Positions 21,412 through 32,363 of a DNA stretch of 35,092 nucleotides are shown one piece after another. Made by a program: the position numbers and the translations under genes. The stretch covers positions 51,190 to 86,281 of the forward strand of contig NW_005201318.1 in the NCBI RefSeq assembly GCF_000372725.1. The letters run 5' to 3'. The stretch comes from Emiliania huxleyi CCMP1516 (lineage: Eukaryota). Each line of letters opens with the position of its first letter. The first letter of the stretch is position 1. Under the pieces are notes generated by a model. That model was not told where the DNA came from, searched no databases, and worked only from the letters and a program-made list of their open reading frames with translations.

Positions 21412-21904
21412 GCAATGCCAATGGGGGGCGGGAGAGCGCGCCCGGCGGCAGGAACGAGGAAGGCGCCTCGTCTGACGCCTGTCGTCAACGCTCATGTGCA
21501 CGGTGCTCTTTCTGCCTATTAGTACCACGACAGTTTGTTCGGAGGAGTCTGTCTAGTGTCTGCACAAAACACAGTGAAAGTGTGTGCGCGCTATTTCCCC
21601 TCTCCGGCTCCGCGTAATCGGCCCGCATGCCGCAAAAGGCCAAAACGCCCATGGCCTTTAATCTGATCCGAGTCGTCACAAAACGCGTTTAATCCATCGT
21701 CCGCTCTCGAGAGTGTCGAGTTGCGAGAGGCGCTAGGACAATGCGGTGTACAGCAGACGGTGTAAATATATACATCTGTACGTGAACGCGCGGGAAGCGC
21801 GCGGCGGAGAGCGACTAGAGGAGAGACCCCGGCCTCCGTGCTGCACCCACCCGCGGCGGGGGTCGTGAGAGAAGTGACAGTGGCGGCTCGGCTGAACTCG
21901 CTCC

Positions 21905-22315
21905 TTAGTTCGGGCACAGCTCTCCCGCGGCCTCCACCTCCCGCTGCGCGGCGAGCCTCTTGGCCAGATACCTCTCCTCCTCGTCTCCGATGAAGAGCAG
22001 TGGCGCCAGCCCGAGCACGCAGCCGATCGAGATGCCGATGAGCTGCCCGACGGTGGTCGCGCGTTTCGAGGGCGGCTGCACGAGCTGGTGAGGCGAGAGG
22101 TGGTGCTCGGGCAGGCCTAGCCGCCCGGACAGCCGCTCCACGGTTGCACCTGCCTGCAGGCCGACGACGTCCGAGCAGAGGTTTCCGAGCCCTGCGGAAG
22201 AGAGGGGGGGGGGCTAGATGAGCCGGTGCACATGCAGACGTAGACGTGTGCGTGTGCGTGCGTGCGTGCGTGTGCGTCTCTCTGTCTCTCCCTCTCCCTG
22301 TGTGTGTGTGTGTGT

Positions 22316-22348
<33 letters not shown>

Positions 22349-22911
22349 GCTGGCGAGCGCGAAAGCCTGCAGCGGCCATCGCCGAGAGCCCCAGCGCCGC
22401 TCCAAACGCGGCCTCGATCTGGTCGCCGGCCACGAGCATGATGAAGTTGTCGAGGAAGCCTGATCAACCGCATATGTGAAAAGTCTCTCGCCGTTTTTGC
22501 GTCTGGCACGCGGCGCGGCCGAGCGAGCCGAACGCGACAAAGGGGATTGCGGCGCCCAAGCCGAGCTTTCGAAGCTGGGCGGTGGTTGGCGGCTCGGCCG
22601 CATCATCGCGCGCCGCCGCGGCCGACGGCGATGCCGCGTGCCACTCGAGGCGCGCCTCCGTCGCGCCCTCTGGCGCTGCCGCTCGCTCAGTCCACACAAC
22701 TCGCTGACCGGACCCGTCTGCCACGGCAGCATCGACTCGCCGTAGCTTGTAGATGAGGTCGGGGTCGGAGAGGGAATGACCGTGCCGCCGGAGCGAACGC
22801 GTGTACCACGAATGGAATTCGGCGGACGATAGTTTGCCGTCCGAGTCGAGGTCGGCGCTCGCAAAGGCGTCGATGACGCTGAGCAGCTCGTCTCCCGTAG
22901 TCGTCCGCAGG
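21905..22911 (-). CDS. TMEM65: TMEM65-family membrane protein with an upstream EF-hand; exons 22911-22529, 22459-22367, 22191-21905; 5' end lost in the N-gap
   Basis: Spliced product ...AAIPFVAFG|FLDNFIMLVAGDQIEAAFGAALGLSAMAAAG|LGNLCSDVVGL...VE..LGL...GQLIGISIGCVLGLAPLLF matches the TMEM65 signature (PF.GFGFLDN.IMI.AG..IE...MAAA.LGN..SD). Two GC-AG introns. Confidence 0.88.
22299..22348. repeat. (GT)n microsatellite in a TMEM65 intron
   Basis: Directly visible. Confidence 0.95.
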
Positions 22912-23585
22912 CTGTGCGTGCAGATCAGGTGTGAGCGTGGCGGNNNNNNNNNNNNNNNNNNNNNNNNNNNNNNNNNNNNNNNNNNNNNNNNNNNNNNNNN
23001 NNNNNNNNNNNNNNNNNNNNNNNNNNNNNNNNNNNNNNNNNNNNNNNNNNNNNNNNNNNNNNNNNNNNNNNNNNNNNNNNNNNNNNNNNNNNNNNNNNNN
23101 NNNNNNNNNNNNNNNNNNNNNNNNNNNNNNNNNNNNNNNNNNNNNNNNNNNNNNNNNNNNNNNNNNNNNNNNNNNNNNNNNNNNNNNNNNNNNNNNNNNN
23201 NNNNNNNNNNNNNNNNNNNNNNNNNNNNNNNNNNNNNNNNNNNNNNNNNNNNNNNNNNNNNNNNNNNNNNNNNNNNNNNNNNNNNNNNNNNNNNNNNNNN
23301 NNNNNNNNNNNNNNNNNNNNNNNNNNNNNNNNNNNNNNNNNNNNNNNNAGATCAAAAAGAGGAGTCATTTGGCATACAACTTAAAAGAAAGATCGATGAA
23401 TTCTCGCACGACAAGGGCGCGGAGGGGCGCGGACTGGTGCACACACCCACGTAAAAAGAACCCAAGTTGCGAAGCTTGGCGTGGCAAATCGGCCCCCAAG
23501 GGCTGACCCGCCGGGCCAACACATTCCTCCTATCTCGGCTGAGGAGAAGACGGTCGACGAGAACGAGGAGAGCGAGGTAGGGAGG

Positions 23586-23589
<4 letters not shown>

Positions 23590-23632
<43 letters not shown>
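23590..23632. repeat. (GA)n microsatellite
   Basis: Directly visible. Confidence 0.95.
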
Positions 23633-23634
<2 letters not shown>

Positions 23635-23911
23635 CTGAGCAGTGGCAGCAGATGACTCAGCCCGCAGCGGGCCGCAGCATCGCGGTGCTCAAGAGCCGCA
23701 CGCCCGGTGAGACGTCGCGCGAGCTGTGCGAGTCGAGTCGTTGGTGCGGTCGCACAGCTCGGCTCGCGGCTCGATGAGACGCTGTTTCTGCTGCACAGGC
23801 CCTCGTTCCCCCTATCACGCTGGAGGGATGGCACAGAGCTCAGCGCCGGGGGGGAGAACCGTCAAATTGGACTTTAGGAGTTGAACCGTCAGCCCACGTA
23901 TAGGGGGTTGT

Positions 23912-25621
23912 TCATCGGCCGTCTTCGACAATAGGCAGGCTCGCGCGACCGTCCCGGCCGGGCAGGAGCCTGCTCCAGCGGCTGGCTGTGCCAGTCGCGG
24001 CTGCCAGCGCCACATCTCTCAGGTACGCTACCACCTAAGAAATCGGAGGGCTGGCTTTAGTCAGCTCACGCATGACAGCGCCGTGGTGGCGATCAAGATT
24101 CGGCGCGACCGGCACAGCATCGCGGGATATGCAGTTTCTTAGCGGACACAAAGGGCCGAGGGCGAGAGGGCGAGAGGGCGAGGGGAAGAGAGGGAGGGAG
24201 AGAGGGACGAGTACCGGGCATCGGCACCTCGCGCGATGGCAACGGCAGAGGCGCCTCGCCCTCTGGCTGCATGCGCCGTGCGCGGTGGAAGAGGGCAGCC
24301 ACAGCCGCATCCGTCGCGGGCGGCGGCGGCGGTGGTTCGCCGAAGACGGTCGCGTAAATTACGGCGGCACAAAGGTAGGAACCAGTGGGCGAGAGGTGGA
24401 AGTCATCCGTGTGAAAGAGGCGCCTGTGAGCAGGGCGAGACGAGGACTTTGCAGCGAGAGGGATGGTCGGATGGGGATTCGCTACACTGCAGAGACCGAG
24501 GCGGAACGCGACGCCCGCCTTGACCGGGCCGGCCCGCCTCAGAGTGCTTGGGGCGCGGTGGGGCGCACACCTCCAGAGCTCAGGCCTCTCGTCGTGCACA
24601 GCCTTCATCGCGGCGCCTGAGGCGTAGAATGGAGAAACGAATGGAACAGAGGCAAGCGAAGCGAGACGCCGACAGCTGCCAACGGCGCCCAGGGGCGCGA
24701 CGCGCGGCTTGTGCTCTGGCGGTAGCGCGGCGCGCAGGGCGTTGGCGCACACGGCGGTGCCCTCCTGCAGGCGCTGCGTGAATTCGGCGTTGTCTCCAAG
24801 ATCATGACTCCCCTTCTGGTGGGAGCGGTAGGCATGCGTGCAGAGCAGCGCCGGTGTCGCGCCCGCCCTTATAAGCAGAGGCGCGTACCCGTCCACGAGC
24901 GTCACCACGCTTTCAGCCAGCGACTCGGCCCGCGCCGGCGCCTGCCCAAACGGAACGCTCTGTCAGGGACTCGCATCGGCTGCAGGCAAGGCTGGTGGTG
25001 GTGGCTCAGTCAAGATGCCCCCGCGCCACCTTTGCCGGGGCCGCTGAGCCTGGCGGCGCGCCTCGCGCTGCTGCCAGCGTCGCATGTGCTCCCGGGATGT
25101 GTGGGAGCCGCATTGGGTTGATGGTTGGGAAGGCTCCCGCCGCAAGTGTGGGCGACGTTTGGCGGGAGGATGTCGGCCTGCGTGTAGTCATTCATGACGA
25201 CAGTGTCCCACGGCGCCGCCAGAAGGGTGGCAACGCTGTCGGCGCCAATGTCGTGGCTCCCGTCGGCACGCAGCGCGTTGGGCGTGCCAAACTTATTGCG
25301 CATCCCGTTCCCCTTGCGTAGCAGTGTCCCATACGACGCGCCTCCGCGGAAGCAGCAGTCGTGCACCAGCGTGCGGCCGGCGGCGTGGCAGAGGGCCTGT
25401 GGTGAAGCAGTCCCGAAGAGTCAGGACGGACGGCATCCGGCTTTCGAGTGGCCCGGTGTCCAGAGCGCCTCCACGAGCCGAGGCACATCATTGAAGTAGA
25501 GGATGGAGTTGCCGACGAAAGCCACTCGAGCGCTCGACCGTCGCGGGCGCAGCCGCAGCCGCGCTATCACCACGCAGGTGACGGCTGCGACGGTCGCGAG
25601 CGCACCTAATCGCCACTCCAT
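23912..25621 (-). CDS. SGNH/GDSL-like hydrolase with an N-terminal membrane anchor; multi-exon
   Basis: MEWRLGALATVAAVTCVVIA, block-I-like RVAFVGNSILYFND, WDTVVMNDYTQ|APAR (GC-AG intron 25177-24942) and block-V-like LFHTDDFHLSPTGSYL.A.V.Y. A last exon 24034-23912 is proposed; other introns were not resolved. Confidence 0.75.
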
Positions 25622-25857
25622 CCGACGACCGCACTCACTCGTACGTCCCAGATGTTCGCTCGAGGGCCACGGCATGTTGTGGGTCATCTTCTCTGTGTGC
25701 ACTTGGAGACTTTAGTGTGTGCTTGTTGGGGACTCTCTCTCTCTGTCTGTGCAGTTCTAATCTGCCAAGCCCAGTGTCGTGCGAGGGAGCTTATAAAATT
25801 CTTATTCGGGTCCTCTCGAGACAAGTGGACCCGATGCCGATCGCCCATTCACATATA

Positions 25858-27336
25858 CTCTACTCAGAGCGGTGGTTGAGGCCGATTGCCTCAACTGTCA
25901 ACCACGTGGTTGACAGAGGCCTCAACCCTCAACCAAGTGGTTGACAGACCCCTTCAACCCCTCAACCACGCGGAATGGCTGTTCACACCCCCCGCGCAAA
26001 GGTCTGAACACACATTCTCTGTGAACCATTCATGTCGTCTTCTTTAACGCCTGGATGCTGCATCACACCTCCCATTCACGCACGTAGCTGAAGCAAGTAT
26101 CGTAAAAACGGCGCGTCGAAGGCCCCCGCACGGGGGGATCCCGGCCGACATCATGGTCGTCCGCGGACGCGGCCCTCCGTCTCCGGAGACATTACCGAAC
26201 TCAAAACTGCTTACCAAAGCCAGATACGAGCTCAGCTCAGTGAGATCTAGCAGCACATACCCTCAGTATCCAGAATAGCAAAGTCTGAAAAAGTCGGTCC
26301 GACCGCGCAGAGCGGTCTGGCTGTCTGCAGAGCTTCCGTCCGAGCCCTGAGAAATGTCGGAGGCATGTCGGCCCATGTTCGCGATTTTGATGGCGTTTGC
26401 CCTTATTGCACGTGAAACAGACCGCGCCGGCCACGCACCCTTGTTCCCGGAGGCCAACTCGAACAGGTTTGAGCAATGGCCGCCTTCCATGCTCGACACG
26501 TCCGCCCGCCATCAAGTTGTACGATGAAAAATGCAGCAGGAACTTAGTTGCCTCGAAGGCCGCCCTGCTCGAAGGCCGCCCTGCTCTCGGCATTGTGTTG
26601 TTGACTGATAGCACTGTCTGATCCAACCAGAAAGAGCCGTCGAAGAGCCGTCGAGAGCTACATGAGACCCAAGTCGTCATGATGTACCAGAAAACGAAAC
26701 TAGCGCCAAAATTGAGATCTCAGGATTGACATTAATTTCTCGCGCCTGCTTTCGCTGCTTGAGGCTCGCCAAACAGATACTGCGTCTATGGCCGTGTGCA
26801 ACGTCAAGTCGTTATATAACCGCGACAAGACCATCGCGCCAACCGCGACTCTGTTGCTTTTATGCGGCAGCATTCACCGTGACTCTTGCCGTGAATGGTT
26901 AGTGACCGCAATACTACGCCGTGAGCTGAGCTCACCAGCCGTTTATCTTCCTTCCCTTGCCTTCTCTTGCCGTCCGTTCTCTGTGCGCATTCCACTGCAT
27001 GCATGCGGCATCACAAGCGTCTTCTGCCGGGCGCGCATCTGAACTCGTACCTGGTAGGCCATCGCTTTGCTGAAGGATCAGGCGCCTGAATGGCGACAGT
27101 GAGCGTCTCCTACTTATGGATTGCGCTCAAGGTACGAGGACCGCAAGAGCGCGCCGCAGGCGAAGCGATTTTTTGGCGGCAGGGCTGTTCCAATCTTGTG
27201 ATCACGCGCGAGCCTGTGAATACGCCCCGGAGGCCTCAACCCCCAACTAAAGGGTTGACGGGGGGTCTCAACCGTCAACCAGATGGTTGAGGGGGGGCCT
27301 CAACCCTCAACCCGTCAACCACCCCTCTGAGCAGAA
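25858..27336. mobile_element. ~1.47-kb putative non-autonomous TIR transposon with subterminal TCAACC/GGTTGA arrays
   Basis: Left end ctctactcagagcggtggttga; right end tcaaccacccctctgagcagaa (imperfect reverse complement). Dense TCAAC/GTTGA motifs within ~120 bp of each end. The interior is lower in GC with no recognisable transposase. Confidence 0.7.
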
Positions 27337-27388
27337 TATGCGCACAACCCCGGGCCAGAAATCGATCATTCACAGGTCATGGTAGCCA

Positions 27389-27887
27389 GCACCCGAGGGT
27401 TTTACCAAGCTGCCAACCCTATTCACGCACTGTGCGCAAAAGACCCCACCAACCAACCAACTGTTGCCGGGCCCGAGTGCGCGAAGTGCGGGACCAGCCA
27501 ACCAGCCTCCTGGGCCGGCCAGGGTCCTGCCAGGGTCGCCCACGGGTCAAAAATTTCTTCGCTCCGCGTATTCAACACGTAGGACATCAAAATGGGTCAA
27601 AATGGGCTATTTCACGCCTCTTCAGGCTCCCAGATCCATCTTCTCACCACTGTCCATCCTGAAATTGCGTCACGAGGGTCACAGTGGCCTGTTAGACGCG
27701 CTGGGGTGCCAGGGGAAGGAGCCGTTACGACCGTTACGGCGTGGCCGACCGTTACGCGAGTGCGCGAAGTGCGGGACCAACCAACCAACATCTGGAGGCC
27801 TGGAGTGCGCAGAGTGGGGGACCACCCAACCAACCCAGGGCCCGGAGTGGGTGAATAGGGTTGGCAGCTTGGTAAAACCCTCGGGTG
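27389..27887. mobile_element. ~500-bp MITE with 37-bp perfect TIRs and a 3-bp (CAG) TSD
   Basis: cag|cacccgagggttttaccaagctgccaaccctattcac ... gtgaatagggttggcagcttggtaaaaccctcgggtg|cag. Internal direct repeats gagtgcgcgaagtgcgggacca.ccaacc. Confidence 0.9.
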
Positions 27888-27908
27888 CAGACGGAGAGCG
27901 ATGTAGCG

Positions 27909-28631
27909 ATGGCGTGGACCGAGCACACCTCGAGCTCTGGCCGCCCCTTCTTCTACAACCCGGCTACCGGCGCCTCGGTGTGGGAGCGTCCGGCGGGAAT
28001 TTCCGAAGCGCGAGTGTTCTCGCGAGACACTCCGCCGACGCTGCGCGCCTGCATGGCCACGGACCGGCGCGTGCGGGCACTGGCTGGTGCGATCGTCCGC
28101 CGGTGTGGCGTCGATGCGCTGCCGCGTGTGCAGGCGGCTGGCGCCGACACGTCTCTGTGCGCCGACGGCCGTGGAGGCGCCTTCTGCTGCGAGTCGAACC
28201 GCATTTTCCTGTGTGCGTCGACGGCGTGGGTCTCGTGCCGCGAGCTGGCGTACGAGCTGTCGCACGCCTACAACACGTGCACCCACGTCACGCGCTGCGC
28301 GCACGGTGGCATACAGGTGGATGACGCGTCTTGCGGCTACCTCTCTCCTCCCGATCTCGCCTGCTCCGAGCTGCGCGCGGCATATTGGACGGAGCGCTGT
28401 GCGGGCCGTGCAGAGAGGGACGAGGCGCGGTGCCTCAAATGGCACGCGGCGTGGGCGCTCCGCGCTTGCTATCCCTCGGATGAGCACCACCCAGCCCATG
28501 TGCGCCACGCTGTGCAAGAGTGCACACCCAGAGGCGCAGACGCCAACCTCACGCGAGGCGGCGGCGACGATGAACAGGAAGCGGTTGGGCGCCCAGGGGA
28601 GGCGACGGCGGCCGACGCAAAGCGAGTGTAG
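27909..28631 (+). CDS. WW domain fused to an ATP23/peptidase-M76-like domain
   Basis: WTEHTSSSGRPFFYNPATGASVWERP is a WW domain. GGAF...IFLC...ELAYELSHAYNTC...LACSELRAA...C...RCLK..A.WAL parallels ATP23 (L.HELIHAYD.C...ACSEIRA). Single exon. Confidence 0.8.
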   Translation: MAWTEHTSSSGRPFFYNPATGASVWERPAGISEARVFSRDTPPTLRACMATDRRVRALAGAIVRRCGVDALPRVQAAGADTSLCADGRGGAFCCESNRIFLCASTAWVSCRELAYELSHAYNTCTHVTRCAHGGIQVDDASCGYLSPPDLACSELRAAYWTERCAGRAERDEARCLKWHAAWALRACYPSDEHHPAHVRHAVQECTPRGADANLTRGGGDDEQEAVGRPGEATAADAKRV

Positions 28632-28841
28632 ACGGCCTTGTTCCTTTTTCATGCGTGTTGGGCGTCTGTCGTCAACATACCGCCCACGACACATCCGACA
28701 GCTCTCTCCGCTGCCTGCAGCCTGGCTGATAAAGCCGTAACACCCGCGCCGCGGAACGCGGTTAGCATGGTGTGTGTGTGTGTGTGTGCAGCCCGGCACA
28801 GGAATATACACACAGCGCGTACTCAGTTACCACTCCTCCAG

Positions 28842-31800
28842 CTAGGGAGGCCCGAGATCGGGACGAAGTCTGCCTCCATTCGGCTCAACGCCAGCAGCGC
28901 CGCCTACAGGAGCGTCGAGACCCAACTGTTTGACTCTGGCAAGGGCGCGCGGTGTCGAGGATGGGCGGCAACGCCCCACCTCAACTGCGGCCTGCTCGCT
29001 GTGCTCGGACTCTGGGCCGAGCGCCTCCGGCCCGAGCTGCAGCCACGACCGCAGCTTGCCCTCGCCGTACCCACTGCCGTACCCGCCGCCTTTCGCCGTG
29101 GTGTGGAGCGACGGTGCCGAGGAGCGGCGCGGCAGCGAAGCAGCCTTCGTAGGGAGCAGATGGGGCACGGCCTTAGTTCGGTATTGTAGTGGGTGGGTGT
29201 GGGACGGGGGGGGGAGTGGGGGGGAGAGGGGGGCGGGGCGGGGGGGGGGGGGGGGGGCACCAATAAACGGGCCAAAAGCCCGGGGGCAACAGTCAAAGGG
29301 CGCGGTAGCGCCCCCCCTTCGCCCTTAAAGCCCGGGGCGGCGCGGGAAATGGGGGCAAGGGGTTCAATGCCCCCCGCCGCCCCCACGGAAGCCCTCCCCT
29401 CGTTGCAAATCGCGAGCGAAGCGAGTGCCGCCGCTGCCGCCGCCCTTGGTCGCCGACGACGCCCCGCCGCGTGCAAGCCGTACCAAAGGCGGCGCGGCAC
29501 CGGCGCGGCAGAGAGCGCCCCGCACCGTCTCATCGACAGCGAGGGCGCCAACGGCTCGGGCGGCGGCGGCGCGCGGCGCCTCCACGCCGCCCGAGCCGTG
29601 CAGCCCCGCCACCAACCCCGTGACGCCGCCCGCGGCGAAAATGGCGGCGCGCCCCGTGGCGTCGGCAGCGAAGGCGTGGAGGGCGTTTGCCGCGGCCTCG
29701 CGCGCCGGCTCGGACGGCGCCTTGCGGGGCCGGAAGCGTCAGCACCCAGAGCTGTGGGGGTGGTGACTTGCATCTCTGCCAAATCCCGGCTGCATCTCGG
29801 CCAAATCCCGGCTGCATCTCGGCCAAATCCCGGCTGCATCTCTCCCAACTCCCGGCTGCATCTCTCCCAACTCCCGGCTGCATCTCTCCCAAATCCCGGC
29901 TGCATCTCTCCCAAATCCCGGCTGCATCTCTCCCAAATCGGGGCTGCGTCCCGGCTGCGTCTCGGCTAAGCGTCGCCTGCACCAGCCGCGCGAGGGGAGG
30001 GATCGCGGCAGAGAGCGGCTGCAGCGGGCTCTCGGCCTCAGACTCGGACTCTCGAGGCGCGGAGTCGGCGGCGGCGGCGGTCGCGGCGATGGCGAGGTTC
30101 CGGATCCCGCGCGCCGCTGCTTCCGCCGCCGCCGCACTGCTNNNNNNNNNNNNNNNNNNNNNNNNNNNNNNNNNNNNNNNNNNNNNNNNNNNNNNNNNNN
30201 NNNNNNNNNNNNNNNNNNNNNNNNNNNNNNNNNNNNNNNNNNNNNNNNNNNNNNNNNNNNNNNNNNNNNNNNNNNNNNNNNNNNNNNNNNNNNNNNNNNN
30301 NNNNNNNNNNNNNNNNNNNNNNNNNNNNNNNNNNNNNNNNNNNNNNNNNNNNNNNNNNNNNNNNNNNNNNNNNNNNNNNNNNNNNNNNNNNNNNNNNNNN
30401 NNNNNNNNNNNNNNNNNNNNNNNNNNNNNNNNNNNNNNNNNNNNNNNNNNNNNNNNNNNNNNNNNNNNNNNNNNNNNNNNNNNNNNNNNNNNNNNNNNNN
30501 NNNNNNNNNNNNNNNNNNNNNNNNNNNNNNNNNNNNNNNNNNNNNNNNNNNNNNNNNNNNNNNNNNNNNNNNNNNNNNNNNNNNNNNNNNNNNNNNNNNN
30601 NNNNNNNNNNNNNNNNNNNNNNNNNNNNNNNNNNNNNNNNNNNNNNNNNNNNNNNNNNNNNNNNNNNNNNNNNNNNNNNNNNNNNNNNNNNNNNNNNNNN
30701 NNNNNNNNNNNNNNNNNNNNNNNNNNNNNNNNNNNNNNNNNNNNNNNNNTTTGGTCGACTCACTAGAAAGCGAATCGAGGCTCCGGACCCGTGGGGCCCG
30801 CCTGCGCTCGCTGCCCTCCCCAGGCGCACGGAACTCCGCACGCGGCTGCTCGGCGTCGGCTCGCGCCGCGGAGAGGTCGCTGGGGTCGCGCTGGGCACCT
30901 CGCGACGCCGCCCGCCCGCAACAGCGCCCGGCGGCCGCTCTCGTGCAGCGACAAGTTTGCGAGCACCGCCGACGCCGCCTCGGCCTCCTCCGCGCGCCTC
31001 GAGCCGACGAGGCCGACGAGCAGTGGCACTCCCCCGCCGGCGACGATGGCGGCGGCGATGTCGAGGTGTACCGAGAGGTTGGCGAGCCCCCTCGCGGCGT
31101 GCGTCGCCGTCGCGCTGCTGCGGGCGCCGCATCGCCCCTCCGCGGCGAGAAGCGCGAGCAGCGCCTGCGCGCCTCCGGCCGCGGCGACCGCTACCTTCAG
31201 GTCGGCGGCGAGGGAGAGGCGGGAGAGCGCGGCGGCGGCGGCGGCGGTGATGCGGTCTGCGGCGCACTTGGAGGTGGCAGGGGCCGTCGCTCCGTCGCGC
31301 ACGGAGGGGGAGAGGAGCCCCGGTCCCGGTCCCCACCCCGCGCTGCTGCCGCTGTTCCGGCCCGGCGGTGGCAGCCCGGCGCCACCAGGCCCGCACGGTG
31401 CGGCGGGGTCGGCGGCCCTGCAGAGCGCGACGAGAGGGCCGACCGCGCCGGCGCGCGCAGCTGCGGCGCGGCCTTCCGGCGACCCCGCCAGGTTGGCGAC
31501 CGCGGCCGCGGCCGCCTCGCGCGCCTCCTCCGAGGCGGGAAGCGGCTCCCGGCTCCCGAGCGGGCCGCCACCGCCTCGAGGTGCTCGCAGGAGCGCGACG
31601 AGACGCGGCATCGCCTCGGCGGAGAGGAGCGCATGCTGCCCGGCGGGCCCGAACGACAGGTACCGCGCCGCCTGCGCGGCCGCCTCGCGTGCCTCGGGCG
31701 GAGCGAATACTGAGAGCGCCGCCGCCAGTGCGTGCGCGCCCCCCACCGCTGCAATCTCATCGCGCCGCATCGAGTCGGCATGATCGTCCAGCAGCGCACC

Positions 31801-32064
31801 GGCGCGGTCGGCGGCGGCCCACCCACCATGCGCGTCGATCGCCGCCTGATTCTGCGGCGCGCACGCCAGGTCGCGTAATGCAGCCGCCGCCGCGACGACA
31901 GTCCGGCGGTCGAGCTGGTCGCAGGCTACACCGAGAGCGTGCACCCGCAACTCCACGTCGGACGGACCGCCCCGCCCGTTCTCGCTGTCCAGGCCTTCGT
32001 ACCAGAGCTCCTCCTCCTCCGCCGACGGCAGGCAGCGTGAGAGCAGCGCACAGATGCCGCTCAT
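28842..32064 (-). CDS. Armadillo-repeat protein; multi-exon, spans the N-gap 30142-30750; 3' part low quality
   Basis: Repeated ARM-type units: AAAALRDLA, AGAVGPLVALCR, AAAALSRLS..DLKVAVAAAGGAQALLALL, AARGLANLS....AAIVAGGGVPLLVGLV, AAANALHAFA and AGGIEPL. Probable start MSGICALL at 32064; the 3' end is uncertain. Confidence 0.8.
29767..29966. repeat. 22-bp (2x11) tandem minisatellite filling an intron of the ARM gene
   Basis: ctgcatctctcccaaatcccgg / ctgcatctcggccaaatcccgg repeated about 8 times. GC donor at 29976 on the minus strand. Confidence 0.9.
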
Positions 32065-32300
32065 TGAGAGAGAAGCGCCCCGGCCGTGCGGATGCAAAAG
32101 GGGGGCTTCGAAAATGACCCATGGCGTGCAACCCTCTCAGCACTGTAGCACGAGCACTGGATAGGGTCGATTCCGCATGGTACGGGACCCCATGAACACC
32201 CCTGTGCATGCCGTCCGCCATATGGGCTGCCCCTGTCAGCAGAGCAGAGTGGCCTGTAGGTTCGCGCGTGTCGTCGTCTTCTGTCTCGCGTCCACCCATA

Positions 32301-32363
32301 CCGAGAGAGAGATTTTTAGCAATACCAAACAACTCTAACACTCACACGTCATTTGGGGCCTGG
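32301..32363 (-). repeat. Repeat family A2, copy 2
   Basis: Matches 12178-12238. Confidence 0.9.

Noticed and set aside
23350..23780. Possible exon fragments right of the N-gap
   Set aside because: No recognisable product and no consistent frame could be built.
29200..29420. Poly-G tract and frame breaks in the ARM gene (similar poly-C at 20080-20250) as biological frameshifting
   Set aside because: The pattern is typical of low-quality reads after homopolymers.
29767..29966. Regular 22-bp repeats as a CRISPR array
   Set aside because: The units are contiguous with no unique spacers, lie in a eukaryotic intron, and there are no cas genes.
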